A DNA stretch of 51,090 nucleotides from the NCBI GenBank assembly GCA_050998555.1, contig JBPCQB010000110.1, positions 1 to 51,090 on the forward strand. Direction: 5' to 3'. Both the position numbers and the translations under genes were made by a program. Below the pieces are notes generated by a model. The model was not told where the DNA came from. It did not search any database and saw only the letters and a program-made list of their open reading frames with translations. Positions 40,713-49,904 of the stretch are shown in pieces. How positions within the stretch are numbered: position 1 is the first letter of the stretch; each line of letters opens with the position of its first letter. This DNA comes from Thermoleophilaceae bacterium (GTDB lineage Bacteria > Actinomycetota > Thermoleophilia > Solirubrobacterales > Thermoleophilaceae).

Positions 40713-42311
40713 ATGAGGGCCACCATGAACGTCGGCAGCAACGGATCTGGGCCCACGCGGCGCAACCCGGCCGTCGTCGTCGTCGGGGCCGGCGTGTCCG
40801 GGCTGTGCATGGCCGTCAGGCTCAAACAGGCCGGTGTCGAGGACGTGACCATCCTCGAGAAGGCGAGCGACCTCGGCGGCACCTGGCGTGAGAACACCTA
40901 CCCGGGGCTCGTGTGCGACATCCCCTCGCGGATCTACTCCTACTCCTTCGAGCCGAACCCGGACTGGTCGCGTCCCTACTCCCCCGGTCCGGAGATCCAC
41001 GGCTACCTCGAGCGCGTCGCCCGCAAGCACGGCGTGCTCCCGCTGATCCGCTTCGGCAAGGAGGTCGAGGAGGGGCGCTGGGAGGACGGCCGCTGGACGG
41101 TGCGCACCACCGACGGCGAGACCACGCGCGCCGACTTCCTGATCTCCGCCTGCGGCTTCCTCCACCGCTGGCACACGCCGGACATCCCCGGCCTCGAGAC
41201 CTTCGAGGGACCGGCGTTCCACTCGGCGGACTGGGATCACGAGGCGCCGCTCAGCGGCCGCCGGGTGGGGGTGGTCGGCACCGGCTCGAGCGGCGTGCAG
41301 ATCGTCGGCGAGCTGGCCAACCGCGCGCGCAAGCTCACCCACTTCCAGCGCACGCCGCAGTGGATCCTGCCCACGCTCGACCGCAACTACTCGAGGCTGA
41401 CGCGCTTCCTGATGCGCCGCTTCCCTGCGCTCAACCGCCTGAGCTACCGCCTGTGGCTCTTCATGTTCGAGACCACCTACGGAGCGGCGTTCGTCGAGCC
41501 CGGACTGCGGCGGAAGATCGTGCAGGGCATCTGCCGCCTGCACCTGAGGACGGTGCGCGACCCTGAGCTACGCCGCAAGCTGACGCCCGACTACGAGCCG
41601 CTGTGCAAGCGGATCGTGGTCTCGACGCGGTTCTATCCGGCCGTCGAGCGACCAAACGTCGAGGTGGTGACCGAGGGCATCGAGCGCGTCGAGCCGGCGG
41701 GCGTGGTGACCGAGGACGGAAGGCACCACGAGCTCGACGTGCTCGTGCTGGCCACCGGGTTCGACGCCCACGCCTACGTCCGGCCCATGGACCTCGTCGG
41801 AGAGGACGGGCACACGCTCGAGGAGACGTGGAGCGGCGAGCCGTGGGCCTACCGCACGGTGGCGCTCCCGGGGTTCCCGAACTTCTTCATGCTGATGGGA
41901 CCGCACAGCCCGGTGGCCAACGCCTCGATCTTCTTCGTGGCCGAGACCCAGGTGGAGTACGTCCTCAAGTGGATCCGCCTGTGGCAGCAGGGCCGGGTGT
42001 CGAGCACGGTCCCCCGGCTCGAGCCCACCGAGCGCTTCCACCGCCAGATGGACGAGGCGATGCCCCGGACCGCGTGGGTCAGCGGCTGCGACTCCTGGTA
42101 CATGGGCGCGGACGGCAAGCCGGCGGTGTTCCCGTGGACCGCGAGCGCCCACCGGGAGATGCTGAGCGAGCTGCGGATGGACGAGTTCGACGTGCGGCCG
42201 GGGCCGGCGGTCGCGGCGGGTGGGCCCGGCGTGGCGGGCGAGGCCGTACCCGCGGTATCGGGTGAGCAGGACCCGGCGCCCGAGCGACGGGTGCCGAGCC
42301 CGCTGGCCTAG
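40713..42311 (+). CDS. Class B flavoprotein monooxygenase (Baeyer-Villiger / FMO type)
   Basis: The ATG directly follows the upstream TAG. FAD motif VVVVGAGVSGL, BVMO fingerprint FEGPAFHSADWD (FxGxxxHxxxWD), NADPH motif VGVVGTGSSGVQ, LVLATGFD. Confidence 0.85.
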   Translation: MRATMNVGSNGSGPTRRNPAVVVVGAGVSGLCMAVRLKQAGVEDVTILEKASDLGGTWRENTYPGLVCDIPSRIYSYSFEPNPDWSRPYSPGPEIHGYLERVARKHGVLPLIRFGKEVEEGRWEDGRWTVRTTDGETTRADFLISACGFLHRWHTPDIPGLETFEGPAFHSADWDHEAPLSGRRVGVVGTGSSGVQIVGELANRARKLTHFQRTPQWILPTLDRNYSRLTRFLMRRFPALNRLSYRLWLFMFETTYGAAFVEPGLRRKIVQGICRLHLRTVRDPELRRKLTPDYEPLCKRIVVSTRFYPAVERPNVEVVTEGIERVEPAGVVTEDGRHHELDVLVLATGFDAHAYVRPMDLVGEDGHTLEETWSGEPWAYRTVALPGFPNFFMLMGPHSPVANASIFFVAETQVEYVLKWIRLWQQGRVSSTVPRLEPTERFHRQMDEAMPRTAWVSGCDSWYMGADGKPAVFPWTASAHREMLSELRMDEFDVRPGPAVAAGGPGVAGEAVPAVSGEQDPAPERRVPSPLA

Positions 42312-42519
42312 CCGCTGCGGCGCAACATCGTCGTCGCGGTCTCGTATCGCCGGACCGCCGGCGAAGGCCCAGGGTGGAAGCATCCGGGCGCGCAGGCTAA
42401 CGTGGGGCGCCGGCCCGTTCCCGACCGCGCGCATCCGCGTTCGCCCACCGGCGTCGCCGCTCGCAGGTCCGCTCCCCGTCGGCGGCGAAACTTCTCGCTC
42501 GGATGGGCCTTTAAGAGTC

Positions 42520-43293
42520 ATGCGCTTCGCTGCCCCGTACAGCTTCTCCCACCTCGCCGCGGTCCCCGCCTACAACGAGGCGGCCACCGTCGGCGGCGTG
42601 GTGCGCGCGCTGCGCGAACAGGCGGCCGATTTCGACGTGCTCGTGATCGACGACGGCTCCACCGACGGCACGCAGGTGGTCGCCGAGTCGGCGGGCGCGC
42701 GGGTGGTGCGTCACCCGTTCAACCTGGGGATCGGCGGGGCGGTGCAGTCGGGCTTCTCGTTCGCCCTCGAGAACGGCTACGACTACATGGTCCAGGTCGA
42801 CGGCGACGGCCAGCACGACCCGGCCGAGATCAACCGCCTCGTGGAGGCCATGGACGAGGATCCTCGGCTCGACATGGTGTGCGGCTCGCGCTTCCTGACC
42901 AAGGACTACAAGTACCCGTCCCCGATCAGCCGCCGCACCGGCATACACATCTTCGCCTTCCTGCTGTCGCGGATCGTCCGCCAGCGCGTGAGCGATCCCA
43001 CCTCGGGCTTTCGGCTCTTCAACCGCCGGGCCATCGCCGTGTTCGCCCGCGACTACCCGCACGACTACCCGGAGGTCGAGGCGGTGCTCATGCTGCATTA
43101 CCACCGGCTGCGCATGAGGGAGGTGCCGGTGCGGATGTTCGCCCGCGGCGGAGGTGTCTCCTCGATCTCCTCGGGTAAGTCGATCTACTACATGGTCAAG
43201 GTGCTGCTCGCGATCTTCGTCGGGCTGGTGCGCGCCCGACCGGTGGTCGAGCCGGGCGACGAGGCCCCGGTGGCGGCGGCCGGGCGGATCTAG
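42520..43293 (+). CDS. GT2 polyprenyl-phosphate glycosyltransferase (GtrB/DPM1-like)
   Basis: ATG at 42520 within ORF 42220..43293. AAVPAYNEAATVGGVVRAL, VLVIDDGSTDGT, VQVDGDGQHDP, DPTSGFRLFNRRA, C-terminal TM. Confidence 0.85.
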   Translation: MRFAAPYSFSHLAAVPAYNEAATVGGVVRALREQAADFDVLVIDDGSTDGTQVVAESAGARVVRHPFNLGIGGAVQSGFSFALENGYDYMVQVDGDGQHDPAEINRLVEAMDEDPRLDMVCGSRFLTKDYKYPSPISRRTGIHIFAFLLSRIVRQRVSDPTSGFRLFNRRAIAVFARDYPHDYPEVEAVLMLHYHRLRMREVPVRMFARGGGVSSISSGKSIYYMVKVLLAIFVGLVRARPVVEPGDEAPVAAAGRI

Positions 43294-43295
43294 GG

Positions 43296-43739
43296 ATGAG
43301 CCTGAACTTCCAGCTCCTGGCCATCGCCGGCTCGGCGGGCCTGCTGCTCGTCGTGCTCGAGCTCGTTCGGCGCCGGCGCTTCCTCGAACGCTACGCGCTC
43401 GTCTGGATGGGGTGCGCGCTGGCCCTCCTCGCCCTCGCGGCGTGGCGCCCCGGCCTCGAGCTCGTGGCCGCCGTGCTCGGCATCGCCTACCCGCCCACCG
43501 CCCTCTTCCTGGTGGCCGGCGGCTTCGTGGGCCTGCTGCTCCTGCACTTCTCGATCGCGGTCTCGCGGCTCACCGACCAGACCAAGGTCCTGGCCCAGCG
43601 CCTGGCGCTGCTCGAGCAGCGCCAGCGCGAGGGCGAGGCGCCGAGCGTGCCGTCACCCGCGGCCTATCGCCCGCAGCCGGCCGCTGCGCGACCGCAGGGC
43701 CGCGAGCGCGAGCAGGTCGGGCGCGGCCAGGAGCGATGA
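43296..43739 (+). CDS. DUF2304-like small membrane protein (usual partner of GtrB-like GT2)
   Basis: LVRRRRFLERYALVWM plus 3-4 hydrophobic helices. Positioned 2 nt after the GT2 stop. The stop overlaps the next ATG. Confidence 0.7.
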   Translation: MSLNFQLLAIAGSAGLLLVVLELVRRRRFLERYALVWMGCALALLALAAWRPGLELVAAVLGIAYPPTALFLVAGGFVGLLLLHFSIAVSRLTDQTKVLAQRLALLEQRQREGEAPSVPSPAAYRPQPAAARPQGREREQVGRGQER

Positions 43740-44554
43740 CCGCGGCGGCGAGCGCCGCCGCGCCCCTCGAGGTCCCCGCGGTGTCCACGCGGCGTGTGCT
43801 CGGCGTCGACCTCGCGGCCACGGACTACGAGGGCGCCATGGACGTCATGGACGCCATGGTCGAGCGCCGGGCCCGCGGCTACGTGTGCGTGGTGGCCACC
43901 CACGCGGTGATGGTCGCCCAGGACGACCCCGAGATGCGCGCCGCCCTGTCGGCGTCGGCCCTCACCGTGCCCGACGGCATGCCGCTGGTGTGGGCGATGA
44001 ACGCGCTGGGCGAGCGGCTCGAGGACCGCGTCTACGGCCCGGACCTCATGCTCCGCTACACCGAGCGCTGCGCGCGTCACGGCCACCGGGTGTTCCTCTA
44101 CGGCGGGCGCGACGACGGCGCCCTGGCCGACCTCACCGACAACCTGCGCCGCCGCTTCGACGGGCTCGAGGTGGTGGGTGGCTACTCGCCGCCCTTCCGG
44201 GAGCTCAGGCCCGATGAGGAGAGCGACGTGATCGCGCGGATCGACGCCGCGCGGCCGGACGTGCTGTGGGTGGGGATCGGCGTGCCCAAGCAGGAGAAGT
44301 GGATGCTGCGCATGCGCCCCCGCCTCGAGGTGCCGGTGATGTGCGCGGTGGGCGCCGCGTTCGACTTCCACGCCGGGCTCGTTCCCCAGGCGCCGCCGTG
44401 GCTCCAGCGCCGCGGTCTCGAGTGGCTCTACCGGATGACCCGCGAGCCGCGCCGCCTGGCCCCGAGGTACCTGCGGTACAACCCGCGCTTCGCGGTGGGC
44501 GCCGCACGTCAGGTGGCCCGGGCGCGGCTGCGGGGCGCAGCGCCGGCCCGATGA
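43736..44554 (+). CDS. WecG/TagA/CpsF-family (GT26) glycosyltransferase
   Basis: ATG at 43736 (ATGA overlap). VLGVDLAATDYEGAM, TVPDGMPLVW, LWVGIGVPKQEKWM, LEWLYRMTREPRRL. Confidence 0.85.
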   Translation: MTAAASAAAPLEVPAVSTRRVLGVDLAATDYEGAMDVMDAMVERRARGYVCVVATHAVMVAQDDPEMRAALSASALTVPDGMPLVWAMNALGERLEDRVYGPDLMLRYTERCARHGHRVFLYGGRDDGALADLTDNLRRRFDGLEVVGGYSPPFRELRPDEESDVIARIDAARPDVLWVGIGVPKQEKWMLRMRPRLEVPVMCAVGAAFDFHAGLVPQAPPWLQRRGLEWLYRMTREPRRLAPRYLRYNPRFAVGAARQVARARLRGAAPAR

Positions 44555-45888
44555 CGGAATCGGTGAACGGCCCGGCCCGGCCCGGACCCTCCCCCGGGCC
44601 GCGCGCCCTCGGCGACCCGGCCCCCGTGAGCGAGTCGAGCGCTCCGGAGCGTGCCGACGTCGCCGTCGTCGGCCTCGGCCGCGTCGGGCTCCCCCTGGCC
44701 CTCTCCTTCGCCGACCGCGGCCTGACGGTGATCGGCGTCGAGCGCGATCCCGCCGTGCTCGAGAGCGTGCGCGCCGCGCAGATGCCCTTCCACGAGACCG
44801 GCACCCAGGAGGTGCTCGACCGGGTGAGCCGTGACGGCCGCCTGTCGCTCACCCGTCAGGTGACCGACGCCGCGGCGGCCGACCACGTCGTCCTCACCCT
44901 CGGCACGCCGGCCTTCGCCCAGATCGAGATCGACGTCTCGCAGGTGCGCGCCGTGCTCGACGAGCTGCTCCCCGCCCTGCGCCCCGGCCACGTGCTCACC
45001 CTGCGCTCGACGGTCGGCCCCGGCACCACCGAGTGGGTGGCCGGGTACCTCGAGCAGCGCTCCGGGCTGCGCGTGGGAGAGGACGTGTTCGTGGCCCACG
45101 TGCCCGAGCGGATCGCCGAGAACCACTTCCTCGAGGAGATCGCCACGCTGCCCTGCATCGTCGGCGGCGTCGGGGAGGCCTCGACCGAGCGCGCGGCCGA
45201 GCTGTTCGCTGCCTTCGGCACCGAGATCGTCCGCACCACGCCGGTGCAGGCCGAGCTCGCGAAGATCTGGACCAACATCCTCCGCTACGCGAACTTCGCG
45301 CTGCCCAACCTTCTGATGATGAACTGCGAGCAGTACGACGCGAACGTGTTCGAGGTCGTCGACCTGATCAACCGCGACTACCCGCGGGGAGGAATCGCCT
45401 CTCCCGGCCTGACCGCCGGCACCTGCCTGCGCAAGGACTTCGCGTTCTCCGAGGAGCGCTCGAGCGCGCCGGGGATGCTGCTGGCGGTCTCGCGCGTGCA
45501 CGAGACCGTGCCGCTGTTCCTCGTCGAGGGGCTCAAGCGCCGTCTCGGAGGCTCGCTGCGCGACCGCAGGGTCGCCGTGCTCGGCCTGACCTTCAAGCGC
45601 GACTCCGACGACACGCGCGACTCGCTCTCCTACAAGCTCGTGCGCCTGCTGGAGCGGGAGCTGGCCGTGGTGTCCCAGCACGACCCGTTCGTGCCGGCCG
45701 AGAGCGAGCCGCTCGAGGACGCGCTGAGCGGTGCCGACGCCGTCCTGGTGGCCACCAACCACAGCGCGTACGAGGGCCTGGTCGATCGCGTGCCCGCGGG
45801 CGCCGTGCTCATCGACCCGTGGAACGTGACCGGGTCGGGCCAGGTGTTCGCGGGCGCGAGCGAGCTCGCTCCCGCCCGCGTCCCGTGA
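44551..45888 (+). CDS. Nucleotide-sugar dehydrogenase (UDP-glucose/GDP-mannose dehydrogenase family, WecC-like)
   Basis: ATG at 44551 (ATGA overlap). VAVVGLGRVGLPLALSFADRG, AELAKIWTNILRY, catalytic Cys context LTAGTCLRKD, VAVLGLTFKRDSDDTRDS. Confidence 0.85.
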   Translation: MTESVNGPARPGPSPGPRALGDPAPVSESSAPERADVAVVGLGRVGLPLALSFADRGLTVIGVERDPAVLESVRAAQMPFHETGTQEVLDRVSRDGRLSLTRQVTDAAAADHVVLTLGTPAFAQIEIDVSQVRAVLDELLPALRPGHVLTLRSTVGPGTTEWVAGYLEQRSGLRVGEDVFVAHVPERIAENHFLEEIATLPCIVGGVGEASTERAAELFAAFGTEIVRTTPVQAELAKIWTNILRYANFALPNLLMMNCEQYDANVFEVVDLINRDYPRGGIASPGLTAGTCLRKDFAFSEERSSAPGMLLAVSRVHETVPLFLVEGLKRRLGGSLRDRRVAVLGLTFKRDSDDTRDSLSYKLVRLLERELAVVSQHDPFVPAESEPLEDALSGADAVLVATNHSAYEGLVDRVPAGAVLIDPWNVTGSGQVFAGASELAPARVP

Positions 45889-45900
45889 AGCTCGGCTTCC

Positions 45901-46599
45901 TCAGGCGATGAACCGCCCCGGGTCGTCCTCGAAGTCGGCCACGGCCTGCCCGTAGTCCTCGGGGTTGCCGATGTCGCGCCAGTACCCGTCGAAGCGGTGG
46001 GCGGCCACCGTCTCGCCCGCGGCCATGGCGCGCCCGAGCAGGTCCGGGAAGTCGACGCGCTCGCCGGGGTCGATCAACTCGACGATCCGCGGCTCGAACG
46101 CGTAGACGCCCATGCTCACCGTGTAGCGCAGCCGCGGCTTCTCCTCGAGGCGCACCACCGCCCCCGCGCCGTCGACGTGCACCACCCCGTACTCCACCTG
46201 CGTGGTCCGCTCGGTCACGGCCACGGTGGCCACGGCGCCCGACCCGCGGTGGCGGGCCAGCAGCTCGGCGAACGGCAGCGTGGTGAGCACGTCGCCGTTC
46301 ATGGCCACGAACGTCTCGTCGATCTCGGCGTTGCGAAGCGCGCCGGCGGTGCCGAGCGGCTCGCTCTCGTAGAGGAAGGAGATCGGGACGTCGTAGCGCT
46401 CGGAGCGCACCCAGGACTCGATCACGCCGCCCAGGTGGCCGACGGAGATGCTCACGTGCTCCGCGCCCGCGGCCACGAGCTGGCGCAGCAGCACGTCGAC
46501 GATCGGCCGGTCCCCGAGCGGCATTAGCGGCTTCGGCAGCACGGCCGTGTACGGGGCCAGGCGCGTGCCGCGACCGCCGGCCATGATCACCACCCTCAT
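45901..46599 (-). CDS. Sugar-1-phosphate nucleotidylyltransferase
   Basis: MRVVIMAGGRGTRLAPYTAVLPKPLMPLGDRPI, EPLGTAGAL, FDGYWRDIGNPEDY. Confidence 0.85.
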   Translation of the reverse strand: MRVVIMAGGRGTRLAPYTAVLPKPLMPLGDRPIVDVLLRQLVAAGAEHVSISVGHLGGVIESWVRSERYDVPISFLYESEPLGTAGALRNAEIDETFVAMNGDVLTTLPFAELLARHRGSGAVATVAVTERTTQVEYGVVHVDGAGAVVRLEEKPRLRYTVSMGVYAFEPRIVELIDPGERVDFPDLLGRAMAAGETVAAHRFDGYWRDIGNPEDYGQAVADFEDDPGRFIA

Positions 46600-46627
46600 C
46601 GCGAGCTCCCGGGGTCGGTGTCGGGCC

Positions 46628-47623
46628 TCACCGGACGTAGGCGTCGGTGAGCGCCAAGGCGGCGCGGTGGGCGTCCATCCACTCGATCACGGCCCGCAGC
46701 CCCTCCTCGAAGCTCGTGGCCGGTGCCCAGCCAAAGGCGGCGCGCATGCGGGCGCCGTCGCCCAGCAGCCGCAGCACCTCGCTGTGGCCGGGGCGCAGGC
46801 GCTCCTCGCGGGTCACCACGCGCAGCTCGCGACCGAGCTCGGCGGCCACCATCTCGACGATCGCGCCGATCGAGACGTCCGTCCCGGTGGCGACGTTGAA
46901 GGTCTCCCCTGCGTGCCCGTCGGCGCCCGCGAGCCGGACCAGCGCGTCGACGGTGTCGGCCACGAACACGTAGTCGCGGCGCGGGTCGGTCGCCCCGAGG
47001 TGCACCTCGTCGCGCACCAACGCCTGGCCGACGATGGTGGGGATGACCGCGCGCAGCGACTGTCGCGGCCCGAAGGTGTTGAACGGCCGGGCGATGACCA
47101 CCGGGAGGCCGTAGGCGGCGTGGAAGGTCTCGGCCAGCTTGTCGGCGCCCACCTTGCTGGCCGCGTACGGCGACTGGGCGCCGAGCGGGTGCTCCTCGTC
47201 CATGGGCACGCGGCGCGCCGTGCCGTAGACCTCGCTCGAGGACATCTGGACCATGCGCCGCACGCCCGACCCGCGCACGGCGGCCAGCACGTTGAGCGTG
47301 CCCAGCACGTTGGTGCTCACCACCTCGCGCGGCGCCTCGAACGAGTACGGCACGGAGATCGAGGCGCCGAGGTGAAGGACGGCGTCGCAGCCCGCCACCG
47401 CGTGGGCGACGAAGTCGGCGTCGGCCAGGTCACCGAAGCGCACGTCGAGTTCGCGGAGCAGGGCCCCGTCGAGGAGGGCGAGCAGCCCGAGCTCCCGCCG
47501 GGAGGTGTAGCGGCAAAAGGCGCGCACGCGGGCGCCCTCGCGCACCAGGCGCTCGCAGAGGTGACTGCCGATGAACCCTCCGGCGCCGGTCACGAGCACG
47601 GTCTGGCCCTCGAGGCCGCTCAT
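46628..47623 (-). CDS. NAD-dependent nucleotide-sugar 4,6-dehydratase/epimerase (extended SDR)
   Basis: ATG at 47623 (ATGA overlap with the upstream stop) within ORF 46628..48127. VLVTGAGGFIGSHLCERL, SSSEVYG, SPYAASKVGADKL. Confidence 0.85.
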   Translation of the reverse strand: MSGLEGQTVLVTGAGGFIGSHLCERLVREGARVRAFCRYTSRRELGLLALLDGALLRELDVRFGDLADADFVAHAVAGCDAVLHLGASISVPYSFEAPREVVSTNVLGTLNVLAAVRGSGVRRMVQMSSSEVYGTARRVPMDEEHPLGAQSPYAASKVGADKLAETFHAAYGLPVVIARPFNTFGPRQSLRAVIPTIVGQALVRDEVHLGATDPRRDYVFVADTVDALVRLAGADGHAGETFNVATGTDVSIGAIVEMVAAELGRELRVVTREERLRPGHSEVLRLLGDGARMRAAFGWAPATSFEEGLRAVIEWMDAHRAALALTDAYVR

Positions 47624-48531
47624 GGGGCCGCCACCCCCTCGGCCCGCGGCTCGTCGACGGCGGCGCGTGCGCGCCACTCCTCGAGGACGTCGGTCAGACT
47701 CTCCCCGAGCGAGCGGCGGGGCTCCCAGCCGGTGAGGGCGTGCAGGCGGCCGGGATCGCCCACCACACGCGGCGGGTCGAGCGCCCGCTCGAGGGCCGGG
47801 TCGCGCTCGACGCGCGGGTTCGCGGGGCTCAGGGCGATCATGGCGTCGAGAATCTCGCTCAGGGTGACCGCCCGTCCGGAGCACACGTTTACCGGGCCCT
47901 CGGCGGCGCTCGCGAGAAGGGCCAGGTAGGCGTCGGCCGCGTCTCGTACGTCGAGGAAGTCGCGCACCACGTCGAGCCGGCCGGTGCGGAGCGCGTCGTC
48001 GTGGCCTCGCTCGGCCTCGACGAGCCGGCGCGCCCATGCGGATACCGGCGCGCTGGGAGGCTGTCCGGGGCCGAGGAGGTTGAACGTGCGCGCCCAGATG
48101 ACGCAGGGGGCATCGCGGCCGGCGCACGCGAGCTCGAGCGCGGTCTTCGCGGCGCCGTAGGCGGCGACGGGGGCGAGCGGCGCCGATTCGGGCAGGCGGT
48201 CGAGCGCCGCCAGCCCGTACTGCGCGGCCGAGCCCGCGATCAGCACGGGCGCGTCAGGGCGCTCCTCAGCGAGGGCGGCGAGCAGGTTGGCGGCCATCCG
48301 GGCATCGTCCGCGAGGGCAGCGCAGGATCCGTCGGGCCCGGCCGGCCCGGCGCTCGCAAGGTGCACCACGGCGACGGGGCCAGCATCGGCGATCACCTCG
48401 CGCGCAGACTCGGGGCGGCGGAGATCCCCTCTCGCCGCCACCGCCGGTACCCCCGAAGCCTCGGCACAGGCGATCAGGTGGGTGCCGACGAAACCCTCGG
48501 CGCCCGTGACCAGAACCGGGCCGGAGCGCAT
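47620..48531 (-). CDS. NAD-dependent epimerase/reductase (SDR, GDP-4-keto-6-deoxyhexose reductase-like)
   Basis: ATG at 48531 within ORF 47620..48663. VLVTGAEGFVGTHL, AAYGAAKTALE, RDFLDVRD. Confidence 0.75.
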   Translation of the reverse strand: MRSGPVLVTGAEGFVGTHLIACAEASGVPAVAARGDLRRPESAREVIADAGPVAVVHLASAGPAGPDGSCAALADDARMAANLLAALAEERPDAPVLIAGSAAQYGLAALDRLPESAPLAPVAAYGAAKTALELACAGRDAPCVIWARTFNLLGPGQPPSAPVSAWARRLVEAERGHDDALRTGRLDVVRDFLDVRDAADAYLALLASAAEGPVNVCSGRAVTLSEILDAMIALSPANPRVERDPALERALDPPRVVGDPGRLHALTGWEPRRSLGESLTDVLEEWRARAAVDEPRAEGVAAP

Positions 48532-49040
48532 GGCGGCATCGTAATGGCGGAGTAGGCGGGTGCTTTTCGTCCGGCCTGTGGCGGTCCGTTCGACCGGGGA
48601 GCACTGACCGATGCCGGTCGGTGCTTCGCTACCGCGTCCCAGGATGAGTGGCCGCCAGCGCACTCCGTCGCTACATCGTTGCTCGGGTCCGGGTGTCTGC
48701 CCCGGGTAGATCCCGAATTGGTTGACCCTGTTGCGCAGTTGGCGGTGCGTCGGGGTCTCACGGCCGTCCTCGCTTTCGAGCGTGGCCCGGGCGTCGAACG
48801 TCGATCTCAGACGACCTGCTCATAGAGCAGAAGGCGGATCCCCCACTGCGGGAAGCCTACGGCGCGCCCGACGATCGACGCCTAACTGCTTGGTCGTCTT
48901 TGTTAACGACGGCGGCCGATCAGCCACCCCGAACGATGGTGGTGCAGCGACCGGATGAGACCGCCACCGTTTGCGAGACGTTCGCGGCGGACCGGCCGTC
49001 GCCGCCTCGAACGCGTCCACAACCCGTGCCGGGAATTAAC

Positions 49041-49074
49041 GTCTCACAGCGGTGCCGTCCGACGGGTTTGAGAC
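49041..49074. promoter_or_regulatory. Inverted repeat immediately upstream of the resolvase gene (possible res/recombination subsite or hairpin)
   Basis: GTCTCA (49041-46) and TGAGAC (49069-74) flank a nested CCGTC-c-GACGG palindrome. It ends 9 nt before the resolvase ATG. Confidence 0.2.
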
Positions 49075-49083
49075 AGTTCGCCG

Positions 49084-49662
49084 ATGGCGGCCCTCGGCTA
49101 CGCGCGGGTCTCGACGCTCGAGCAGGAAGCGACCCTCCAGCTCGACGCCCTCGAGGTGGCCGGATGCGAGCGCACCTACACCGATCGCTCCAGCGGAGCG
49201 CTCGCCGAGCGCCCCGAGCTCACCCGGGCCCTCGACCACCTGCGCGCGGGCGACGCGCTCGTCGTCTGGCGCCTCGACCGGCTCGGCCGGTCGCTGCGCC
49301 ACCTGGTGGAGACGGTGGGTGCACTCGAAGAGCGCAGCGTCGGGTTCCGCTCGCTCACCGAGTCGATAGACACGACGACGCCCGGCGGGCGGCTCGTCTT
49401 CCACGTCTTCGCCGCGCTCGCCGAGTTCGAGCGCGACCTGATCCGCGAGCGGACCCAGGCCGGGCTCGCCGCCGCCAGGGCGCGCGGGCGCCGCGGTGGG
49501 CGGCCGCCGGTTATGAGCGCCGAGAAGCTTGACGTCGCGCGGACGATGTACGAGTCGGGTGAGCACACCACGGCGAAGATCGCGGAGGTGCTCGGCGTGA
49601 GCCGCGCGACGCTCTATCGGCACCTCGGGGTCGAGCGCGCGAACGCCCGTGCGTCCGACTGA
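49084..49662 (+). CDS. Serine recombinase (resolvase/invertase family)
   Basis: MAALGYARVSTLEQ (catalytic Ser), DALVVWRLDRLGRS, FHVFAALAEFERDLIRERT, C-terminal HTH AKIAEVLGVSRATLYRHL. Confidence 0.9.
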   Translation: MAALGYARVSTLEQEATLQLDALEVAGCERTYTDRSSGALAERPELTRALDHLRAGDALVVWRLDRLGRSLRHLVETVGALEERSVGFRSLTESIDTTTPGGRLVFHVFAALAEFERDLIRERTQAGLAAARARGRRGGRPPVMSAEKLDVARTMYESGEHTTAKIAEVLGVSRATLYRHLGVERANARASD

Positions 49663-49904
49663 GACGGTCAGCTCTTCGAGATGTGGACTCCGTCAAGCGC
49701 CACCGACCTCGAGAACGCACGCCCGGGCGGGTGAGCTGAGGGAGCAAGGCGCAACCGGGCGGAACCCCCCGGCCATCTACGCGGTGAGCCCCGACTACAA
49801 CAAGACCGGCGCGACGGCGCTGCTCCTTCTCGCGCAAAGCGGCACGGGCAGCTTGAACGGGGTCGCGTCCCCCAACCGCTGTAAATAGCCGGAGCCGTCA
49901 AGGC

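Noticed and set aside
48820-49020. 66-aa minus-strand ORF, with other small ORFs, in the 550-bp gap before the resolvase
   Set aside because: No motif, poor coding look and no partner gene. I also looked for tRNA-like T-loop sequence as an integration target and found none.
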